Of a stretch of DNA of 64,000 bases, positions 11,362 to 22,663 are shown piece by piece; position 1 is the stretch's first letter; each line of letters starts with the position of its first letter. The translations under genes were made by a program, and so were the position numbers. Source of the stretch: Diplonema japonicum (taxonomy: Eukaryota; Protista; Euglenozoa: Diplonemea); the NCBI GenBank assembly GCA_964019335.1, contig OZ025660.1, forward strand, positions 620,001-684,000. Reading direction: 5' to 3'. The notes under the pieces were generated by a model. That model was not told the origin of the DNA. It was given only the letters and a program-made list of their open reading frames with translations, and made no database searches.

Positions 11362-12081
11362 CTACAGGCGATGTTTAAGAACATCTAGAATAGCACCTGC
11401 ACCCGCTCGTTCAGCTCGGTGGATATTAGGTACCTCCTTCAAGGCTTCTCGTACTTCCTTGTCTGCGTTACCAACAAGGATGGAAGTGGCTGACGCCAAC
11501 GATGTCGAATAATGAAACATTGACAGGTCGTTCAACGTGTCCCCAGCTGTGATCAGCTTTGAAGTATCGGCAGTGATGTGCTCCAGGAGGGATTTTAAAG
11601 TGGGGCCTTTCGACACACCATGAGGCAGAACGTCCAAATACTTACGGTGGGATATTATCGGGTTGAACCCTGCCTCTTGGAACATCTTGCCTAAGTCCCA
11701 AACCGACGTTTCCAGTTCATGTTCTATGTAGTCAAAGGCTACGCGACGGCCTCCTGCGCTAGGCTGCAGGCCCACGCCAGGTACCCCGTCCATCATCTCC
11801 TTGGCACGTTTCTCGTGATCCTCGCTCCACCTGGCGTCGATCTTCTCCTGTACTTCCTTGAACAGCTCGGTTCCCTTCCACACCATTGTGCCCACGTCGC
11901 TTATGTAGTAGTCTGCCTTTGGGATGTGCTCCAGCCTCCGTATCGACTGCATTGAGCGCCCTGTGACGTAGATCAAGGTTATTTTGTGCCGATTGGCTTC
12001 AATAAGCTCATAAAGCTCTTTCTTGTCAGACGGGTCGCCCCCTACAAAGGTCCCGTCAAGGTCGGTTGCAAGAACCACCAT
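11362..12081 (-). CDS. HAD subfamily IIB phosphatase (sucrose-phosphate/glucosylglycerol-phosphate phosphatase-like)
   Basis: Motifs ATDLDGT, YVTGR, DVLPHGVSKG, AGDTLNDLSM; intronless. Confidence 0.88.
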   Translation of the reverse strand: MVVLATDLDGTFVGGDPSDKKELYELIEANRHKITLIYVTGRSMQSIRRLEHIPKADYYISDVGTMVWKGTELFKEVQEKIDARWSEDHEKRAKEMMDGVPGVGLQPSAGGRRVAFDYIEHELETSVWDLGKMFQEAGFNPIISHRKYLDVLPHGVSKGPTLKSLLEHITADTSKLITAGDTLNDLSMFHYSTSLASATSILVGNADKEVREALKEVPNIHRAERAGAGAILDVLKHRL

Positions 12082-12170
12082 TCTTTTTTTTTTTTTTTTT
12101 TTTTACCTTTCTTTTTTTTTTTCCCCGAGGTTGAAATTGCAAAAGAAAAAGGGGGGAAAGAAAAAAAAAA

Positions 12171-13422
12171 TTAAGAATCACTACATGTCGCGAATGGAGG
12201 GGAGTTCAAAGGCGGCAGGGTACCGGAGGCAGTCGGAGACGGTTCCCGGACGTCCGGGCTCTCCGTGTTGAACCGTGTTGTTTTCGTCTTGTTGCCTGTG
12301 TCGTTTCGCTCCTTTTCACTCCGCGAGTGTTTCAAAAGCGTGGAAAAGTCCGCCCTCCCGTACTTAGATATGGCCGAAGGGTTACACATCGCAAGCATCG
12401 CGTGCTGCTGGTCCTGGGGGGGCTGCCGTGGCTTTTGTTGGTGCGGGTTGGCAAGCCGTTCCTGAAGGCCCATGATGACAGCGTCTTCATTAAGGATGCG
12501 TTTATCTAGCTCGCAGATTGAATTTCTCGCAGAAAGAATCTTATCACGGACTTCTAAAAGCCTGTCGTGATCGTGAAGCGCACGCTGGTCGGCTTTGCTC
12601 TCTTCTGTTTTACGGTTGATTTTCCTGCCTTGCTCGTTTGTTCTCTTCTTCACAAGCAAACTGCATAATAAATCTTGGAACGCAAGGTTGCTTTGGTCGA
12701 TTAGAACCTCGCGTTCCTTCTTAACACGAACAGCCTCTCCTATCTCCTCCACCATTGTGAGGAGGTTGCTCAGCTTAGATGTGAGTGCGTACCCCAGATC
12801 AATTCCTTTGGCAGCTAGTTCTGCAATGTCCTTTTCGGGGTCTGAAACTGTGTCTTTTTCATCAGATAGAATACCCCGTTTTCGTTTCGATTCCAGTTCT
12901 TTTAATGAGTTTGGTGTTATGTCATCACCGGTGCACTCAAAAGGGTGTAGAAGGTCAGGGGGTGGGTCTCTTGGAAGTACTTTGTCTAAGATTTCGTGTA
13001 CAGTCATCATTGTCAATGGTATTTCCTCAGGGGATTTTTCAATGTCGGCTCCATCTGTTTTACTCTGGTCGTTTTTTCCAGTGTTCGTGCTTGCGGCCAC
13101 ATCGCTGTGGGCAAATTTCCGCAAAGCCTCATCCATTACCCCGTAGCTCATGGGGTCGTGGAATTCCTTGTTCGCCGTCATTTTTTCTTTTTTTTTTTGG
13201 CAAGCCCCCTTCCCTCTTCCTTGTCATTGTGTCCATTGCTTGGCCTAGTTCTTTCACTAGGGTCGACACCTCTCGAGCTTCGTCGCGGAGCGTTTTCCCC
13301 ATTTCACTGCCTGCACCTACTTTTTCTAAATACGACCCCCGTTCCATGGCATCCACCTCTACTCTCTTTCCATAGCGTTGCCCACATTTTTTGAATAGAC
13401 CGGCTTCGCTACCGCTGGGCAT
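12171..13422 (-). CDS. Hypothetical coiled-coil protein; apparent frameshift in an A-run near 13181-13198
   Basis: ORF 12171-13181 plus an upstream coding-like frame starting MPSGSEAG (13422); the two join if one A is removed from the homopolymer. Confidence 0.6.
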
Positions 13423-13632
13423 TCTTTCTTTGGGGCCTTTTTTTTTTAACTTCAAAAAAAGAAAATTCTTTGTTCCAGAGAGCGATACGTTATCAAAAAA
13501 AGGATTTTTTTTTAAGAAAAGAAAAAAAAAGGTTTTTTTTTTAGTAAAGAAAAAAAAGGGGGGGGAGGTGTTAAGAAAATCCAAAAAAAAGACAAGTTTT
13601 TATTGTTATAAAAATAAAAAAGTAACCTATGG

Positions 13633-13669
<37 letters not shown>

Positions 13670-13777
13670 AAAAAAAAAAAAAAATCGCAAAGGTGGAAAA
13701 GTAAAAATAAAGATATATGCACATTGTCTCTTCTTTTTTTTGGGAAAAGAAAAAAAAAAAAAAAGTTTCCAAACTAT

Positions 13778-15826
13778 TTACTTCAAAAAGATATTCTTAA
13801 GTCCTTGTTGCTTGTCGTGAGTAAACCCATAGTAGTCAAGGTAGCCGGGGATGCCTCCATAGCGGCCATTGAGGAGGCTAAGGAGTGTTTCGATAGTTTC
13901 AAGTTCCACGAAAGCTAGTGTCGGGTCGAGACCCAGACGAGAGAAGTTTGAAGCTAGAGATCGGCGGGAATCGTCAGAGATATCAGATTGGGACTGCATC
14001 CAATCGTCAATGATTTCGTCATCAGGGCAGCCGAGACAGCCTAGGAAGAGAATGGATACAATGGCTGCAAGGTCCTTGCCTTGACCATCTGATATAACCA
14101 CCGGTTGATGAGCGGGGTCTGCCAGAATATCCATTATGTAGCAGAAATCTTCTCCGTTATCTTCCATTACTCCTTGAAGGATCGCTGCCTTTTCTTTGTC
14201 CTTCATCGCCCCTACTGCAATGACCTCCTCAGCCTTTTCAAGCTGGCACAACGACCCCAACACGCATGATGCCACCCTGGTCCCCAACCCAAGTTGATTC
14301 CAGTAGTACTCATCCCATATCCCAAACTCCATTGAAACGGCTTCTTCTAAAAGTTTCTTCACGGCTTTCCCCTCCATCCCCAAGAACCCTTTTTTATCCG
14401 GCTTTACGAGTACCGTCCCGAACTCCTTCTCGAACTGTTTGTTCGCTGTCTTCGCCATTAGGTTCCTGTCCAGTGTGGAGCGCAGGTCCAGCACCGTCTT
14501 CACCCCGTACTCCCCACGCAAGGCCGCGATGTCGCTCTTCCCAGCATGCGACACGCTGTGATGGGTTTTCGTTTAAAAAAAAGTTTTTTTTGCATGTTGC
14601 ATACCTTGAGGACCTGTACACCAGATTCTTCGCTAGTTTCTTTTTCCCGATGATCCTCCCGTCAGTCAGGTCTCGGAAGTTGAACAGTTCAAGCTTCGAC
14701 AGCATCCCGCCAGAGAGGGCCTGCCGTGTTGTGGAAAGTGTAGAAACCCAGTCGCATACCGCAGCACCCTTGCGCACGCCGAATTTGCTCTTCGCTCCCA
14801 AGAACCCTGAGTACAAGCTTTTCATTGACGTCTTTTGCGCAACAGCCTCGCCTTTCGACTTGCTCAGCTCTTTCTTGATGGCTGCAACAGACACGGACGG
14901 GTCACCTGTGTAGTGTGTTGAAATCTCGAAAAGGCACATACTTGACGCACAGGCCAAAGCACGGTTGTAAGAACGGGCGGCATCCTTGTCGTTGCCCCGT
15001 GCGGCCTGGCACTGGCCCAGACGGAACAATGCTTTGGCTGAGTTGGGATTTATGCCCAGCGCACGGTTGCAGTGCTCGATGGCTCCAGTGTAATTCTGTG
15101 GGAAATGGTGTTGTGGTGATTTCCTGTGTGTACCTTCAGCTGCAACGCGCTCGACGCGATGTTGATGTGGCACCGCAGCTCCATCTCCCGCCCTTCTATT
15201 TTAAGCCTCTCATCGTCTATGAAGGACGACCCCTCGCAGTGCCGCACAGCCACTTCATAGTACTCAATGGCGTCCTCGTACTTTTCTTCCTTAAACTTTC
15301 TGTTCCCGTTCTCGCGCATGAGCTTTGCATAGTCAAGGCGGTATGCGTCGAGGAGGGGCTTCTTTTCGAGGAGGCCGACCATCTTCTCGTCGTCGAGGCG
15401 CATGCCGTCCTGCCCGTCCATGAAACGGTGCAGCCGTGGGCTGTTGATCGTCAAGATGCTGCCCACCTCCATGTCATCATAGCAGTAAGAGCTAGGATCC
15501 TCCACATAGAAGAACACCGCGTGTTCCGTCCCTTCATTGTCCCTCAGCTTCACGTGCTTCTGATACTGCCAGTTGTTCTTGTCCCTCTGAGAGACATCCC
15601 CTACAAGCTTGCACCCATGTGCCGCCTTCTCGTACCCACATGTGTCATGTAACTCCTTCCATGTTATCTTCTTCCTCCCGTCATCTATCTCCTTGTATCC
15701 CTGTTGCAATACCTTGTTCATGCCCGGACCAAACACCGGTTCCTTCCACCCCTTCAACATCTTCCTCACTTCAGGGCTGTAATCGCTCGTCCCATGCAGG
15801 GACGGTGGCTTCTCCGTGTCGGTCAT
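13778..15826 (-). CDS. TPR-repeat protein fused to a catalytically dead tyrosine/dual-specificity phosphatase (Y_phosphatase3-like); 3 introns
   Basis: TPRs (GNRKFKEEKYEDAIEYYEVA; NYTGAIEHCNRALGINPNSAKALFRLG) followed by NFRDL...LVYRSS...VLDLRS...PVVISDGQGKDL. GT-AG introns at 15096-15133, 14906-14941 and 14556-14604 join three ORFs. Confidence 0.8.
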
Positions 15827-15931
15827 TGTGAGCCCTATTTGTTGTTGGCAAAAGAAAGGCATTGATAATAAGAAGACAACGGTTACTAACGGTGTAAATG
15901 CAAACAGAAAAAAAAAGGAGGGGCTGGTCTA

Positions 15932-18900
15932 TTAAGACCCGCATGGCTCTTGTGAAGCTGGCGTAGTTGGCGGTAAATTTGCTAACGCTTCTATCTCTTG
16001 CTGTGAGAGTGGTTTATCGATCCTTTCATTGGTGATTATAACGCGTGTCTGCACTGTGTGGACGGAGGTGGTGTGTGAGCTGATAAGGCCTATCTTCAGG
16101 TCTGTGGGGTGGACACCTGTTTTCATCCTCTTCACAGTGACCGACCGTCTCTTCATCGGCAACTCCTCTATAGTAGCGATCTTCTTCTTCAATATTTCAT
16201 TGGACGGCTCATTCACACCATCGACGGCAATGGGTGTCCCCTTCCCCTGCTCGTTCACCTGCCTTTTTCTCATTGCACTCCCGTGCAATGCCTCGACGGC
16301 GGGCTTTTGCTGGTATTCCTTCACAGTACATCTTGCTAGGGAGTGCACGACCCTTGTGGCTGTCAGCACTGGTTGTTTGGCCACTTTGGAGTAGCGCTGC
16401 AGGATGCTGCCAACAGGTCTCGACGTAGGCTGCGTCACTGCTGCATACGCCTCGTTGGGGATGTTCGCAGACGCAGGGCGTGGCACCTTGGAAAACACAA
16501 TGCCTTTACGAAGGCTCCCCGCTGACTTTGCACGTGCAGGCAGAGCGCATTCAGGAGATAGACACAACGGGGCATTCGAGGGTTCGGATTCAATAGGGGG
16601 TGTCGGAGGCTCAGAGATGGGGCGTGAGGCACGGCTTGCAACGGAGTGCCTGTTGGATGTGGACAGTGTTGTTGTAAGAGCGCTCAAAGTGGCTGTGCGC
16701 TGCCTCTTGTCAATCGTAGATGCGCAGATTGACGTTTCAGCAGCATCAATGGCGTCGGACAGCTCGTTATGCATTACACCGTGCTGGCTACAAACTGATG
16801 TGAGCCGCTTGAGGGATCGTCGTGTCTCGAAGTTGAACCCAGGCAGATCGACGGGCCACGTCGTCTCCGACACCCCAGTGAAGTCTATAAATAGCTTCTT
16901 CCCTGTGCACCTTATTTTCTCCACCTGACCCACCTTTTTCCCATCGGAGTTACAAAAAACGACACCATCTTGCCCTTTCACGAACTCGTGCCCACCGAAT
17001 GCGGCAAGTACCTCCTTCTCTGGCACACTTACATTAATGACAGCAAGGCAGGCACATGCAATGATACTTGCTGTAGTTGTTGGGACTTTCGGCTGGCTGA
17101 TGGGCAAGGGAACTGATAAGACTGACTGTGATTGGACAGGTGATGCGTGTGGTGTCAGTGTGAAGATATCTGGCGAGAGAGCAGGAGCACAACGGCCGAT
17201 GGCAAGGAAAGGGGACTCTGCCAGTGGGTAAATCGGTTCAGAAAGGTGGAGAAGGCGGCTGAAGGTAGATTTGTCTGGCTTGACTTCCACTTCGTCCTTC
17301 TCCTCATTTTTAGTTTCTGCGAAAGTCCATGCGAAGAGAGAAGACCTCTGCGACGTTTCAGACGGATTCATAGGCACTTTTTGTACCACCTTCTTTGCCG
17401 GCAGACTGCACAGCTCAACCCCCTCTGCAACACCCCCTACTATCTCCTCTTCCGCGCGGAGATGCCCTTCAATCACACAAGGCGTAAACCCTTTTATTAC
17501 ATCTGCAATCCATTCCTCTTCAGGGTCGAATGATTGTTTCGCCGGGACGTGGAAGCAGGATGGGTGCCATGCAGACGCAGCATAGGGCTTCAAGGGTAAC
17601 CTGTAGAAGATGATGCCCGTTTGGTCTTCTGAAATTTGTAGGGCTTTCCTCTCCTTCACAAGCCCGTCCAACGAGTTCCAGAGAATGTCCCTCGCCTCCT
17701 CAACCACGTTCTTCGTTGTGCTTTGCAGGTTCCGTTGAAGATTTTTTTGAATGATTTCGTTCCGACGCGCTTGTTTCCAGACAATGTGCTGGGTGTGCAC
17801 TGGTGTCAACTGGGAAGAGTGGTCCCCTTTGTTAAGACGTGCGACATGAGTGGGCTTGCCCATAGGGAAGTAGGGAGTTGAGGGAGGCGTACACGGACGT
17901 GGGGGGGACTGCGGTGGTGTGTTCATCTCACACCCGTCAGTGAAGAAGTCAACCAAATTGGTAGAAAGGTCTTCCACAAGAGACACAACTGTTCGCAGGT
18001 TAGTGCTGCTGGATTCAACGGCTGTGTGCACAACGTCGCGAAGCACATCCCAACCTTTCCGATCGGGGTCATGACCTGCCAGAATACTGCTTTTCTTCCT
18101 TGCTTGCGCCATAGCCTTACTCTTGCTCCTGGCGTAGTTCTTAAACCTATTCAACTTTTTCAAGTCATTGCTGAACATGTAAGTCTGGGGTATAGGTTCG
18201 TCCACCCGTCTCCCTTGATGCAGCTCTCCCAACGCCACTCCGTTGAAAGACCACAACGTCACGATATCCTTCGAAGCGGCAACGATCATAGCTAGGTGTT
18301 GGATGATGTCCAGGCTGCTGATGGGCTCTGTGGCGTTCCCTCGGCAAACGCTCCAATGGCACTTCAGCCGAGGCTTCTTTTTACTTATCAGCCTCTGTTT
18401 GTCCTTACTGCTTGTCTCCCACGACGGTGGGTACGACGTGGGCACAAGCCCTGTGTGCACAATGGTTTCCCTCATGTCCCACACAGACACGTTCCCATGG
18501 TCGTCTCCTGCGATGAGGCACTCGTCGTTCTTCATGGACCACCTGAGGCACGTAGTGACAGCTATGATGAGGGGGTTGTTCTTCATGGTAGGTGTTTTCC
18601 ATGAGGTGAGCAGCGTGTACGGTTGTGCATACGGCCGCACCGACCACGTCGCTATGTGCCCGCTGGCGCTTGCATAACTAACAGCAGCTAACGGTTCCAT
18701 CAGCACTACCGAGGTCACCTCGCTTACCACAGGGTAAATGTACCCCTCCATGCGTGTCAAGGCGTCGCTTTGTGACACACCTTCTCCATTGACAATTTTA
18801 TTCAGAATATTACACGAAAGCGCGCTGTGGAAATCATACACATGCAGCACCTCGTGCGTGTCCCCTACAGTCAGGAGGTGCAGTATAGGGCTGTACGTCA

Positions 18901-21073
18901 ACGAGGTCACAGCGTTGGCCAGCGAGAGGACCAAGAACGGATGAATGCTCTCTTCAGTGTCCTGATAGAGGTGTACCTTGCGGTCCAAAGACCCGCTGCA
19001 TATCATACGCGGGTAGGATAAGTACAGAAGGCAGTTCACCTCCAGCTTGTGTCCTTTCTGCATTTGGATCAAAGCACCTGTTGCGTACGAATGAACACTG
19101 ACGCTGCCCTTATGGGTTCCCGCAATGAACCGCCGCCCTCTATCGTCAAGAGTCAAGGCTGTGATCTCGGAGTCTGTGACGTTGGGAAGGGTTAGCTTTA
19201 TAGTACCAGTGACGGCGTCCCATAGTTTGATCTCGTTCACCGAGGTTGTGATGAAAGTGCCTGTCGCTGTGTTGTAGATGACCTCCGAGACCTTCGCGTC
19301 GTGTGCCACATCAGAGTTGAACTTCGGGAGCTTCTGAGGGCGCAGCGTGTACAGCTTTGTTTGGTTAGTGTCCGTCTTCGCTGTGCAGTAGATGGCTCGT
19401 GACAACGGGTTCGGATCAACTGTAAAATTTGTCACCTGAAACGCAAGCGCCTGCAACGGTGTCAGGCCCCTCTGCAGGAACCATGACTGAATACACTGCG
19501 ACTTCCTAATATCCCACATCTTTTGCATCCCAGAAGAATCACATGTCAGGATCTGATTTGTGCCAGGCATAACCTTTGCCGCCAGCAAAGAGTGCTTATG
19601 AGGGTCCTCTGAGTCAACCAATCTCCCGATAAACTGGTTCTTCCCTTGTGCGGGAAGCCACAACAACGGTTCAGGTTCAAACCCCGCTGTGATCAGAAGA
19701 CCCGTATCTTCATCGTAGTCCATTGAGTACACGCCTTGGTGGTGGCGCTGCGTGTCGAGGGTTCCCTTCATTTCAATTGTGATATCCTTCTCCACATCTG
19801 TCGCGGTAAGCTTCCCAAAGAACGAGGCTGTCAATAGCTTCCTCATGCTGGACACCCCAGGGATGGTCGTCAGGCATGAGATGGGCTCGGTATGTGCGTT
19901 AAGCTGGAAACGTACATCTGGGAAGTTAGTGTCTTCGTGGCTTGAGATGTCGAAGCAGTCGACGGTGCCTTCACGTGTGCCGCCGAACAGCAGCCCGTTG
20001 CTCCCGACGGCACTGTCCCAATGCAGAACTAGCGATGATGAGTCGCATTTTGTTTTGGACACGAATTGGAGGCGTTGCTTTGCAGCGTCTATCTTCTGCT
20101 GCTTGACCTTCCGTTGGTGAACTTGGTCGCTTTGACCAACGCTCATGGCCGCAAGGTCGGGTGCCCAGATTTTTTTTTCTGGTTTGAAGTTGTAATGTTC
20201 CAGGCTGCCGTCCTCGATGCCGAGGATGAACTTGGACTTCGCAGGGATATAAGCAGACGACACAATAACCTGCTTGTGGTCGAGCATGGCGACAAGATCA
20301 TCGTGAACATTGTCGGGACCGAAAATTTTGAGGATACTATGGTCACCTTCACGTGTGTGGGAGGCGTCGGTGTCAATGGACACCAACTTGTGGAGCGTGG
20401 GAAGCCAGGTCAAGACAGTGCCTCGGGAAGGTTCTCTACTTTTGATCTGGACCTTGCTTGTTTTGTACGGGAGAAAGTCGACCGTTTGGCTGCCTGTGAA
20501 AGCTGCATATGAGTTAATAAGGTAGTGCGTGAACTCCTCCCACGAGACTGTTCCACTCCCATCGAAGTCGATGGCGAAGAACAGTTCGACCAACCCAGTG
20601 GCTAGCTCTGTCTCTTCATCAGCTGTCATGATCCGAGTCTTCGCGAGAGCGGTTAGGAGATACCTCACAAAGTTGTCTTTCTCCACACGGCCTTCGTTTT
20701 CGTTTTCAGAGGGATCGCAAGATTTTTCGAATTCTTGTTTCAAGCGTACGATTTCTGCGGTTGGGAGGACTTTTAGAATGTCGGCGGCCGTTACTTTTGT
20801 GCACTCCATTTTTATTTTCGCCAGGTTCATGTTTTGCATCCTCTTCTGCTGATGCAGCCACGCGTGCTGTGTCGTGTGGGCGTATTGTTCATTTTGCTCG
20901 TCAGCTTCTAGTTTTACCTGCAAGACTCCAATGGAAGCACCCTTGTTTGCTTCCCACGCTTCGTCACTCGCTCTCCTTTTCTCGTTCAGCCGGTCCCATA
21001 GACTCTTTACGGCTTGCGTTGCCTTCTGCTCCGATTTTGTCCTTCCACTAAACGCCTTTTCTCCAAAACTCAT
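15932..21073 (-). CDS. EF-hand plus WD40-repeat protein (WDR49/WDR64-like) with long low-complexity C-terminus
   Basis: EF-hand DFDGSGTVSWEEF; multiple WD repeats (KMWDIR, IKLWDA, CSGSLDRKVHLY, VSVWDM). Confidence 0.85.
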   Translation of the reverse strand: MSFGEKAFSGRTKSEQKATQAVKSLWDRLNEKRRASDEAWEANKGASIGVLQVKLEADEQNEQYAHTTQHAWLHQQKRMQNMNLAKIKMECTKVTAADILKVLPTAEIVRLKQEFEKSCDPSENENEGRVEKDNFVRYLLTALAKTRIMTADEETELATGLVELFFAIDFDGSGTVSWEEFTHYLINSYAAFTGSQTVDFLPYKTSKVQIKSREPSRGTVLTWLPTLHKLVSIDTDASHTREGDHSILKIFGPDNVHDDLVAMLDHKQVIVSSAYIPAKSKFILGIEDGSLEHYNFKPEKKIWAPDLAAMSVGQSDQVHQRKVKQQKIDAAKQRLQFVSKTKCDSSSLVLHWDSAVGSNGLLFGGTREGTVDCFDISSHEDTNFPDVRFQLNAHTEPISCLTTIPGVSSMRKLLTASFFGKLTATDVEKDITIEMKGTLDTQRHHQGVYSMDYDEDTGLLITAGFEPEPLLWLPAQGKNQFIGRLVDSEDPHKHSLLAAKVMPGTNQILTCDSSGMQKMWDIRKSQCIQSWFLQRGLTPLQALAFQVTNFTVDPNPLSRAIYCTAKTDTNQTKLYTLRPQKLPKFNSDVAHDAKVSEVIYNTATGTFITTSVNEIKLWDAVTGTIKLTLPNVTDSEITALTLDDRGRRFIAGTHKGSVSVHSYATGALIQMQKGHKLEVNCLLYLSYPRMICSGSLDRKVHLYQDTEESIHPFLVLSLANAVTSLTYSPILHLLTVGDTHEVLHVYDFHSALSCNILNKIVNGEGVSQSDALTRMEGYIYPVVSEVTSVVLMEPLAAVSYASASGHIATWSVRPYAQPYTLLTSWKTPTMKNNPLIIAVTTCLRWSMKNDECLIAGDDHGNVSVWDMRETIVHTGLVPTSYPPSWETSSKDKQRLISKKKPRLKCHWSVCRGNATEPISSLDIIQHLAMIVAASKDIVTLWSFNGVALGELHQGRRVDEPIPQTYMFSNDLKKLNRFKNYARSKSKAMAQARKKSSILAGHDPDRKGWDVLRDVVHTAVESSSTNLRTVVSLVEDLSTNLVDFFTDGCEMNTPPQSPPRPCTPPSTPYFPMGKPTHVARLNKGDHSSQLTPVHTQHIVWKQARRNEIIQKNLQRNLQSTTKNVVEEARDILWNSLDGLVKERKALQISEDQTGIIFYRLPLKPYAASAWHPSCFHVPAKQSFDPEEEWIADVIKGFTPCVIEGHLRAEEEIVGGVAEGVELCSLPAKKVVQKVPMNPSETSQRSSLFAWTFAETKNEEKDEVEVKPDKSTFSRLLHLSEPIYPLAESPFLAIGRCAPALSPDIFTLTPHASPVQSQSVLSVPLPISQPKVPTTTASIIACACLAVINVSVPEKEVLAAFGGHEFVKGQDGVVFCNSDGKKVGQVEKIRCTGKKLFIDFTGVSETTWPVDLPGFNFETRRSLKRLTSVCSQHGVMHNELSDAIDAAETSICASTIDKRQRTATLSALTTTLSTSNRHSVASRASRPISEPPTPPIESEPSNAPLCLSPECALPARAKSAGSLRKGIVFSKVPRPASANIPNEAYAAVTQPTSRPVGSILQRYSKVAKQPVLTATRVVHSLARCTVKEYQQKPAVEALHGSAMRKRQVNEQGKGTPIAVDGVNEPSNEILKKKIATIEELPMKRRSVTVKRMKTGVHPTDLKIGLISSHTTSVHTVQTRVIITNERIDKPLSQQEIEALANLPPTTPASQEPCGS

Positions 21074-21604
21074 GGCTCATGAGTGGCGTGTGTTTGTGCG
21101 TATTTTTTTTTTTTTTTTGTGTCCTTTTCAAATTGCTTTTTTTCCAACCAAAAAAGATAAAACAACGGTGGAAAAAAAAAGAAATCCCGAGATGTAAACC
21201 AAAAAAAAAAAAAAAAAAAAAAAAGAGAAATAAAAAAAAGAACAACTGAACAATAAAGAGATGGGTCAGGGGGAGGGGGGGGCTTAGGCGGATTTATTCG
21301 GGACGGGGAGGGGCGAACAAAAAAGAAGGGAGGGGGCACGAGCACCGTCTATCGATTTTAAAAAAAAAAAGAAGAAGAAAAAGAACAAAAATAACAAAAC
21401 AACATTTACGGCCAAGTTTAAAAAAAAAAAAAAAAAAAAAAAACAGATCGATACAATGTACTCGATATATTTTCCCTTCCCCCATCCCCAATTTTTTTTT
21501 CTCCCTTCCAGTGACCTAATAAAAAAAAAAGGAAAAAAAAAAGGGGGTACGTCTATGACAGAGTATGGGGTAGTTATAAAACGAAGAGGGGGAGAGGGAA
21601 AGAT

Positions 21605-22628
21605 CTACTCTTCGAGTTCCCCTTTCTCTGAGCCATAAGGCGCTTTGGATTCCTCGGTGGGTTTTTCTTGGTTATCATCTCCTGCCTTTTCAACAAGAGA
21701 TGCACGCCTTGGCTTTACAGCTTCATCATCTTCTTCTTCTTCTTCGGTTTCCTCGTCTTCTTCATCTTCATCTTCATGGGTGCTTGCGCCAATGTGAGGC
21801 GTTTCAGAATCATTTTTAGATTCTACGTCTGCACCGTCGATGCTTTCCAATCCAAGTTTCGTGCCCAGCTTGCTAATTTCATCTTTTAAGCTTAAAATAT
21901 CTTTTTTAAGTTGTTGGCTGTGGTTGTTGACGTCGTCAGCGTCTTCCATAAGATCGAAATTGGCCCATCTTTCCACCTCGTCTTTCCAGATTTTGTGATC
22001 GCTCAGCAACATGTGCCAAGCACGGGTTTTGTTCAAATTCATGATTCTACTCGGTACCTCAACCAACATGAAATCTATCAAGGATCTCCTTGTAGGCCCC
22101 ACCGAATCATCGATAAAATCCATCACTGGTTTCGCTGTCAAATCGTATGATTTTATATTCCTCCCCTCCTCTTCGGAAGCAGATGGGTTCAGAGACGCTC
22201 CGTACTTCTTAGCCAAAAGCTTGAAGATTGTGTGTGCTCTGAACACCAGGTGCATATCGGGAGAGTCCAAGTCCTGTATTAAAATCTGGTAGCTCGGCCA
22301 GAACTTCCTTGGGTTCGAATTTCTGTAATCCAACTCTTTCTTCTCCCTCAAGCAGTTTAGTGAGTATGTCATTTTCTTCACGTAATACAGCGCCTCTCTC
22401 ACGGCGGCATTCTCCATCGCGAACTGTCTCAGACCGAAGGCGCTGTCGCCGTCCCATGCACCGGAAGCAGGGTCGTGAACTACACGTGCAATGAAAGCGT
22501 CTTCGTCGAAACGCTTTGTGTAAACCTCGTTGAAAGAGGATGTTATGACACCGATCAACAGGTTGAAGAGGATCGTGATGACAATTATGTAAAAGAGGAG
22601 GAAGAACGTCAGCGAGAAACCGGGACGC

Positions 22629-22663
<35 letters not shown>

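Noticed and set aside
13391-13918. Lys- or Phe-rich ORFs in intergenic DNA (also near 810, 28541, 42653, 49566, 51259)
   Set aside because: Translations of A/T homopolymer tracts.
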